A stretch of DNA of 63,723 nt, filler included, from Octopus bimaculoides (lineage: Eukaryota), in the NCBI RefSeq assembly GCF_001194135.2. It is 8 parts of 6 records of this genome, joined end to end, with 100 filler letters (N's around TTAATTAATTAA, not from the genome) between each part and the next. Parts side by side here need not be neighbours in the genome. Positions count along the whole stretch, not along the records: positions 50,838 to 57,226 come from NC_069003.1; positions 57,327 to 62,368 come from NC_069001.1; positions 62,469 to 63,723 come from NC_069001.1; 5 more parts are not named here. One strand, 5' to 3'. Below, one piece after another: positions 56,066 to 63,723 of this stretch. Positions within the stretch are counted from its first letter, which is position 1, and the number at the start of each line of letters is the position of its first letter. The position numbers were made by a program, and so were the translations under genes. Under the pieces are notes generated by a model. The model saw nothing but the letters and a program-made list of their open reading frames with translations, ran no database searches and had not been told where the DNA came from.

Positions 56066-56379
56066 ACCAACTTAGTAGTGTGCACCCGTATATACGTGCA
56101 GAAAGTATTTGTATATACATATATGTGTGTGTGTGTGTGTGTACCTAAGTATATACACATGTGTGTCTACGCGTGTACATGAATGTTTGCATAGATATAT
56201 ATATTGAAGACCATACAGCATAAATTCTTGATTTTTTTTTTTAATTATCTCCCGCTCCACGGGATAAGTCATAATTACGAAAGTGCAGTTGTGATCAGCT
56301 GGACTTGAAAAGGGGAGATAATCTCAAGATTCATGAAATATATGTACTATGTGTGCGCATGCACACACACACACACACA

Positions 56380-56545
56380 GTGAAAGTGCGTGGCTTAGTG
56401 GTTAAGACATTCGACTCACGATCGTAAGGTCATGAGTTCAATTCCCGGCGATGCGTTGTGTTCTTGATCAAGACAATTTATTACATGTTCCTCCAGTTCA
56501 CTCAGCTGGCAAAAATAAGTTGTTTCTGTATTTCAAAGGGCCGGA
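56380..56545 (+). mobile_element. SINE family A, 5' half, joined to mariner
   Basis: gtgcgtggcttagtggttaag...gagttcaattcccggcga...ctgtatttcaaagggcc. Confidence 0.8.
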
Positions 56546-57225
56546 CTTCAAAAAAGGCAACAACGCAACGGAAAATGCGAGGAATATCAATGCAATATAT
56601 GGAGACTGGACAATAAGTGTAAGCCACCAGAAATTCCGAGCCGGAAACTACAGCCTAGAAGACGAGTCCCGTCCTGGAAGATCTGTAGAGCTCGACGAGG
56701 ACATCCTGTTAACCCTGGTGGAACAAAATCCCATCGTGACTATTGGGGAACTAACAGAGAAGCTTGGATTTGGCCATTCAACCATTCATCGACACCTGCG
56801 CTAGAAGAAAAAAGGCCATTTTTGGTTTCAAGGCGAAAGGTGTTCTTCCATCAGGATAATGCTCGGCCACATACAGCGAGGATGACATTCGAAAGGCTGG
56901 AGCAATTTGAATGGGAAACGATGCCCCACCCACCATATTCGCCAGGCATTACTCCATCTGATTATCATTTATTCTGCAGTCTTCAAAATCATTTAAACGG
57001 AAAAAATATGAATTCTGCAAACGAGGTCAGAACAGTGCCGGAGGAGTATTTTTCGTTACGGACAAGTGAATTTTGGAAGAGGGGCCTTGCAAGTCTACCA
57101 GACAGATGGAAGAGCATTGTAGAAAATAAAGGAGAGTATACTTTGAATTTTAAAAGGAATTCATCTTAATTTTGACAAATAAAAGAAGTATAAAAATACC
57201 GCATTATTTATGGGATGACCCAATA
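56546..57225 (+). mobile_element. Mariner DD34D element, internally deleted, with right TIR
   Basis: HTH region joined at ~56801 to FHQDNARPH...HPPYSPGITPSDYHLF (34-residue spacing). Ends cattatttatgggatgacccaata-TA. Same family as the 54535 copy. Confidence 0.9.
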
Positions 57226-57554
57226 TNNNNNNNNNNNNNNNNNNNNNNNNNNNNNNNNNNNNNNNNNNNNTTAATTAATTAANNNNNNNNNNNNNNNNNN
57301 NNNNNNNNNNNNNNNNNNNNNNNNNNAAATGAGTATATGCATATATACGTACAGGTATGTGCATACCTACGTCTACCTGTATATATATATAGGTGCATAA
57401 CTGGGTACAGGACATTGCAAACAAAACGTAGACAAAAAAATAATAATAACCAGAGTACAGAAAACACACAGGCCACATAGAGAACATTTTCCTTCATCAG
57501 CTACCCCCATTCTAACACAAGCGTTTTGAAGAGTAGGGCAGGTAGGTAGGTAGG

Positions 57555-57606
<52 letters not shown>

Positions 57607-58153
57607 CAGATAGATAGATAGACAGACATAAAACTAACAAATGTTCCTCTGACTAGCTTTCTTTTTAAAACTATGTATCTCACTTTCTCTCTTTTTCTCC
57701 CCATCTCCCTCTCTTTCTTTTTCCATCTGTCTGGCTGTCTACACTGCCACTTCATTAAAACAACATTTTCAAAAATTATCAATATTCAATATTTTAATAC
57801 AACAAAAATAAATAAATAAATAAAAATCCTTGAATCTTTCAAGTTCTTTATCTTGGTTTCATATTATTCATTTTCATTTTTTTTTTTCTCTCTTGGCAGC
57901 AACAATGGCTGTGGGGTTGTTAGTAGTCTTTATGTATTCAAGCAAATACATATATATTTGTTTCTTTTCTACAATATCAAAATGAAAGACTTAGCACCAT
58001 TCAAAGTGAACGTTATAGTTTAAATCTGAAATGTAAAACATTTGTGGGACAGATCTTATCAGGAACCACTGTTAATTCAATAAGACCAATAAAACATCAA
58101 ATACTCTGAGAGACTTTCTTTGTCTTTACATTGTTCTCTCTCTCTCTTTCTCT

Positions 58154-58209
<56 letters not shown>

Positions 58210-58537
58210 GTATGTATATGTATGTATATATATGCACCTATCTACCTCTCTCTCCATCCATCTGTCTACCTACCTATCTACCTACTTGTCTTTATTTATC
58301 TATCGCTGTCTACTTCCTTATTTATTGATCTACCAACCTCTCTATCCGGTTATTAACCTATTTCTCTATCTATCTATCTGTCCATCCATCTATCTATCTA
58401 TCTATCTATATCTCTTTCCATATGTTCATGCATACCTCAATCAATAGACAAAACCATTGATAGGTAAGGAGAGTAAGACAAATAAATTCTTTAGAAAGAT
58501 CAATAAAATTAAGATTTATAACAACAGCAACAACAGC

Positions 58538-58572
<35 letters not shown>

Positions 58573-58709
58573 ACAATGGAGAATGAACTTAGCAGACGTT
58601 CAGTTCTTTATTGACCATTATTATTGTCCATGCAATGTCTCCACATCAATTACCTTTGTTGCAAATGAAGAAACCACCATCATTGTCATCATCATCATCA
58701 TTTATTATT

Positions 58710-59334
58710 TAGGTGGTAACCTGACAGAATTGTTAGCACTTTACCAACTCATTATGTTCCGAGTTCAAATTCCACCAAGGTCAACTTTGCCTTTTATCTT
58801 TCCAGGGTCAATAAAACAAGTATCGGTTGAACGTTACGGTTCACGTAATTGACAAGCCCCATCTCCTCCAAAATTTCAGGCCTTGTGTCCATTGTAGAAA
58901 GGTTTATTATTAAGATGGCTAGCTGACAGAAGCATTAGCATGCCAGACAAAATGCTAAGTCGCAATTTTCCTGGTTTTATGTTCTGAGTTCGAATCCTGT
59001 CATGATGAACTTTGCCTGCCATCCTTTTGAAGTCAATAAAATAAGTACCAGTTGAACATTTGGGTCCATGTAATTGACTTACCCCTCCCCTAAACTTGCT
59101 GGCCTTGTGCCAAAATTAGAAACAATTATTATTATTAAGGTGGTGGACTGGCAGAATTGTTACTGTGTTCTTTACATTCTGAGTTCAAATTCCACTGAGA
59201 TCAACTTTGCCAGGCATACCTTCAAGGTCAATGAAGTAAGTACCAGTTGACTACTGGGTCAATGTTATCAATGTACTCACTTCTCCAAAATTTCAGGCCT
59301 TGTGCCTTTAGTAGAAAGGATTATTATTATTACA

Positions 59335-59368
<34 letters not shown>

Positions 59369-59585
59369 AGGCAGCGAGCTGGCAGAATCATTAGCACACC
59401 AGGTAAAATGCTTAGTAGAATTTCATTTGTCTTTGTGTCCGAAGCTCAAATACTGCCAAGGTCGACTTTACATTTCACCTTTTGGGGTCAATAAAATAAG
59501 TACCAGTCAAGCACTGGGGTCAAGGTAAATCAACTGGCCCTGCCCCTGAAATTGCTGGCCTTGTGATAAAATTTGAAATCTTCGT
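58710..59585 (+). mobile_element. Head-to-tail cluster of four SINE family B copies, CpG-decayed
   Basis: Copies start at ~58710, ~58910, ~59135 and ~59370, each preceded by ATT-rich tails. Confidence 0.8.
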
Positions 59586-59940
59586 TATTATTATTATTAT
59601 TATTGTCATTATCATCAGGTGTGTAGCTGCAGTAAGAATGGTCAGAATGAATGCAATAACTCTAAACATGTGCCTATACATGGGGGAAAAAATCTTGGGA
59701 CACAGTTCATGCACTTGGTATTCTATGTGATTCATGATCTAAGAGGTTCCTTGATTGGTCCTTGTTAGAAGCCCTCCTGTATCAGAAGAACTGTATCACC
59801 TATGTATTCAGGTATTTTGCATATCAGGTATACTTTCCATCCCATTTCTCTCTGCCATATTTCATGTAAACCAAATTTTATATAAATCATTGTTTGAGTT
59901 CCTAAAACCAAGGTGCCACATAAAAGGCATTGGTGTAGGT

Positions 59941-60430
59941 CAGGGATCAGCGAACTGAGGTAAATTACCCTAAGTAGAGTAAAAATGAAATTCTTGGGGA
60001 TAATGAGGACTCATTAGACATAAGTAAAATTATATAAAAAACATGTTCCTCGTTGTGACAGGAAATTTTTTTGTGGCATGAAGAGGCAGTCAAAAAGTTG
60101 TTGCCTTTTGCAACAACCTACCTTTGCACACAAAGATTTTCAACTCTAATGAACATAAAAACAAAGCAGGGGGAATCGATTGGGCTCCAAAGACTGTATC
60201 CAAATTGCTCTGGCATCAAACTGCCCTAATTTTGATGTAATTGTAGCAAAAATAAAACATTTCTCCAAAACTTGAAGTGAAAAAGTTTCTAAAAAAATCC
60301 ATTTGTTTCATAATGAGGATATTAATTTAATTTATCGCATTTATTTTATATTTTTTATATTTATAATTGTATTTTCCATATAAATAGATTCAATAAACTT
60401 TTTCAATTCAAAGAATCTATAATTTTCTTC
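59941..60430 (+). mobile_element. hAT (Charlie/Buster-type) deletion derivative
   Basis: Starts cagggatcagcgaact (hAT-like terminus). Encodes EEAVKKLLPFATTYLC..FSTLMNIKTK, the C-terminal dimerisation region. Confidence 0.75.
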
Positions 60431-60449
60431 CTTTCAAATCAAGGAGGTA

Positions 60450-60705
60450 ATCATCATCATCATCATCATCATCGTCATTTAATGTCGTTTTCCATGTTGG
60501 CATGGGTTGGATGGTTTGACTGAGAACTGGCAAGCCGGGAAGCTGCACTAGGCTCCAATCTGATTTTGCAAGGTTTCTACAGCTAGATGCCCATCCTACC
60601 ACCAACCACTCTGAGTGTAGTGGGTGCTTTACGTGTCACTGGCACAGGAGCCAGTCAGGTGACACTGACATCAGCCATGCTTGAATGGTGCTTTTTACAT
60701 GTAGT
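60450..60705 (+). mobile_element. RTE-associated retroposon 3' segment next to (CAT)n
   Basis: catcatcgtcatttaatgtcgttttccatg..ggtttctacagctagatgccc..accaaccac; recurs at 61750 and 62030. Confidence 0.6.
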
Positions 60706-61265
60706 CAACTTACCCCCTCCCTCAAAATTTCAGGCCCTGAGCCTACAGTAGAAAGGATTATTATTATTATTTAGGTGACCAGCTGCCAGAATTGATAGAA
60801 CATTATTTGTCTGGGCTCTTTACATTCTGAGTTCAAATCCTTCTCAGATCAACTTTGCTTTTCTTCCTTTCAGGGTAGATAAAACAAACCACCAGTCAAG
60901 TACTAAGGCTGATGGTATTGACTTAGCCCCTCCCCTCAAAACTTCTGGTCTTGTGCCTATGTTAAAAAACCATTAAAAGGGAAATGGATTAGCAAAATGA
61001 TTAAAGTACTGGAAAACTACTTTGCAATATTTCTTCTGACATTTTACATTCTGCTTTCAAATCCAGTAAAGGTTAACTTTGCCATTCATCCTTTTGAGGT
61101 CAATAAAATAAAGTACCCATCAAGTATTGGGGTTAATGTAATCAACTAACCCCTACCCACTTAAATTACTAGCCTTGTACCACAATTTTAAAGAATTATT
61201 ACTGTTAGGACAATGAGCCTGGCAGAATTGTTAGCTCATCAAAAAAATAGTTCTGGCTCTCCGTA
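60705..61265. mobile_element. Second cluster of decayed SINE family B pieces
   Basis: Repeated ttcaaatcc..aactttgc..catccttt..aagtacc..cccctcccctcaaaa motifs; the last piece is inverted. Confidence 0.7.
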
Positions 61266-61749
61266 ACACACATACATTGTGTGTGTGTGTGTGTGTGTGT
61301 GTAGATGTGCTGTTGCTCATTATTTATTATTACAGCGTAGGGTGGGATGATTGACATAAATACACAAAGCTGACTTTGAGGAGTAACAATATTAGTTTTC
61401 ACTGTATCAGGAACACATACATATATCATCATCATCATAACATCTATTTTACACCCTGCATCCATGGGTCAGACAAGAGTAAGCTGAGGTAGTTTTCTCC
61501 AGACAGAGGCTCTCCTCATCACCAGAATTGTAACCCAACTAATTCTACACAAACACACACACACGCACGTGCCTAAAGAATGGAGGCCAAGAGGACTATT
61601 TAGTCTTGGTCATAACCTCTAGCACTGGCACCACATTGAAATATTTCCCACACCTGTAAAATGATAGGTGTAACAAAGGGGTCACCAAAATAGTCAAAAC
61701 ATAAACTTATGAACAAGATGTGGTTGCCTGACCCACTTAGGAGACCAGT

Positions 61750-62368
61750 AACTCATCATTATCATTTAACATCCGTTTTCCATGCAGAGAGCTGCAGAGG
61801 TTCCAATTGTCTGCTTTGGTATGGTTTCTATGGCTGGATGCCCTTCCTAATGCCAAGCACTATACAGAGTGAACTAGGTACTATTTACATAGTACTGCTA
61901 TAGGTGCTTTTATGTGACATTGGCATGTGTGTTTTTGAGATAGCTCAGATGCTTTTTTACATGGCACTGGTGTGGGTGCTTTTTATATGGCACCAACCCA
62001 GGCACCTTTTACATAGTACCAGAATCATCATCATCATTATCATCGTTTAACGTCTGCTTTCCATGCTAGCATGGGTTGGACGATTTGACTGAGGACTGGC
62101 AAGCCAGAAGGCTGCACCAGGCTCCAATCCAATCTACAGCTGGATGCCCTTCCTAACGCCAACCACTCCAAGAGTGTAGTGGGTGCTTTTACCTGCCACC
62201 GGCACGAGGTCCAGTCACACGGTACTGGCAACGGCCACACTCAAAAAGGTGTTTTTTATGTGCCACATGCACGGGAGCCAGTCCAGCGGCACTGGCAATG
62301 ACCTCGCTCGAATGATTTTCTAAACGTGCCACCAACACAAGTGTCAGTAAGGCGACGCTGGTAACGAT
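61750..62368 (+). mobile_element. Two further copies of the RTE-associated retroposon segment
   Basis: tttaacgtctgctttccatgctagcatgggttggacg...ctacagctggatgcccttcctaacgccaaccac. Confidence 0.65.
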
Positions 62369-62559
62369 NNNNNNNNNNNNNNNNNNNNNNNNNNNNNNNN
62401 NNNNNNNNNNNNTTAATTAATTAANNNNNNNNNNNNNNNNNNNNNNNNNNNNNNNNNNNNNNNNNNNNATATATGTATATTTATAAATATAATTAAGGGA
62501 TCAGCAAATATTTGCTTCACCATATACCGAAGTTCAGAAATAGCAGCTAAAAAAGATGA

Positions 62560-62950
62560 GAATCCCACAGATAGCATCACTTGTAACTCACAAAGGCTGT
62601 TTTTTCTCCTTGTTTTTGCCTTTTCAGCGTTTATCCTTTAAACGTCTCAACCTCTCTATCTCCATAGAAAATGATTATATTAATATGAACCTTCTTGATG
62701 TTACTATAGATGTAAGAACAGAACTGCACCAACTATATATTAACCGAATGAGTGCTTAATGTATGTGAGATAGCATTCTAATCACCCTAGAACCATCAAA
62801 CGTTCTATCGTAAAATATATCAACTCGTATTTCGAGGCTTTCTGCTAATAAGGTTGTATTTGCACAAAATAGAAATTTCTATAACCACGCATTATCTGAA
62901 GCTGGGGAAAAGGACAACATTTATTATATGTAGAATCAAAACACTAATAA
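62560..62950 (+). mobile_element. Penelope RT C-terminal remnant
   Basis: NLSISIEND..NLLDVTID / HSNHPRTIKRSI..STRISRLSANK.VF....FYNHALSEAG across frames. Confidence 0.75.
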
Positions 62951-63132
62951 AATTCCTTGTAATGATAGGATATTAAATATGATAAAACTTGATAGTGACT
63001 GCAATAAAACAAACACATCAAGCAATCAAATTTACGTAAGTTAAGTAATAGTAAGAATAATAACACAAATAAGATTGGTAAAAACAGGAAGTATTGAAAA
63101 GATATATATTTGTATTAACTTTAATATTTCTG

Positions 63133-63182
63133 TGTGAAGGCGCGTGGCTTAGAGGTTCGGGTATTCGGCTCACGATCATAAA
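63133..63182 (+). mobile_element. SINE family A head only
   Basis: gaaggcgcgtggcttagaggttcgggtattcggctcacgatc. Confidence 0.7.
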
Positions 63183-63685
63183 TGCACCGAAGTTCTCTCA
63201 GACAATTCATTTTTCTGAGACGCTTCTCAATTCTAAAGACTCTGCTTGATCCCGGAGATGATTCTTTAGCAACGGAACAACTGTTGTGTTGTTATTACCG
63301 CTGCTGCCGCTGCTGCAGTAGTTATCATTCAAAAGTATTTGTAAAATTTTTTGAAATGTCTTCTTTTTGAAGCGCTTTTTTTTGTTGATTCGTGTATTGC
63401 CGCTTGTTTTCTTGAGCATTTTTCTTTTTTTGAGGATTGTACCAAGGGCATCTGGTAGAAATTTTCACGTAAAATGTCGTCATAATGCGAGTACGAAGAA
63501 AATAAAAATGTTAAAAGACAAATTTCACTGCCTACCTCCGAATTTCAAGAGCAGATATACATAAGTTTCTATAATCTTTATTGGTAATAACTACCCACCC
63601 CATACACGAAACTATCCATTTGCTTAAAACTATTCCCTTCAGCGCGGAGGGAAGAAAGGCAAACATATGAATGCTAACATAGTCG

Positions 63686-63723
<38 letters not shown>

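Overview
Eukaryotic, AT-rich, gap-ridden draft sequence dominated by microsatellites and decayed transposable elements. The SINE families and microsatellite load suggest a coleoid cephalopod, probably Octopus (inference). The only well-supported host gene is on the minus strand at the left end. It has a phase-1/phase-1 exon encoding a complete six-cysteine peritrophin-A/CBM14 chitin-binding domain (7979-8155). Two further frame-compatible exons are plausible (4620-4682, 1897-1971); its 5' exons could not be found. The rest is mobile DNA: R4/Dong-like REL-endonuclease LINEs stacked in (AAT)n, several Penelope-like remnants (one a near-perfect 104-bp-arm palindrome carrying a hammerhead ribozyme core on each strand), Tx1/L1-like and CR1/L2-like LINE pieces, mariner DD34D, DD41D, Tigger/pogo and hAT fragments, and many tRNA-derived SINEs. 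A CpG-rich candidate promoter/first exon lies at ~51.4-51.8 kb and a visibly CpG-depleted domain at ~58.4-62.3 kb. No prokaryotic-type system, CRISPR, rRNA or intact tRNA gene is supported. SINE labels A/B/C are my own working names, and most TE boundaries are approximate.
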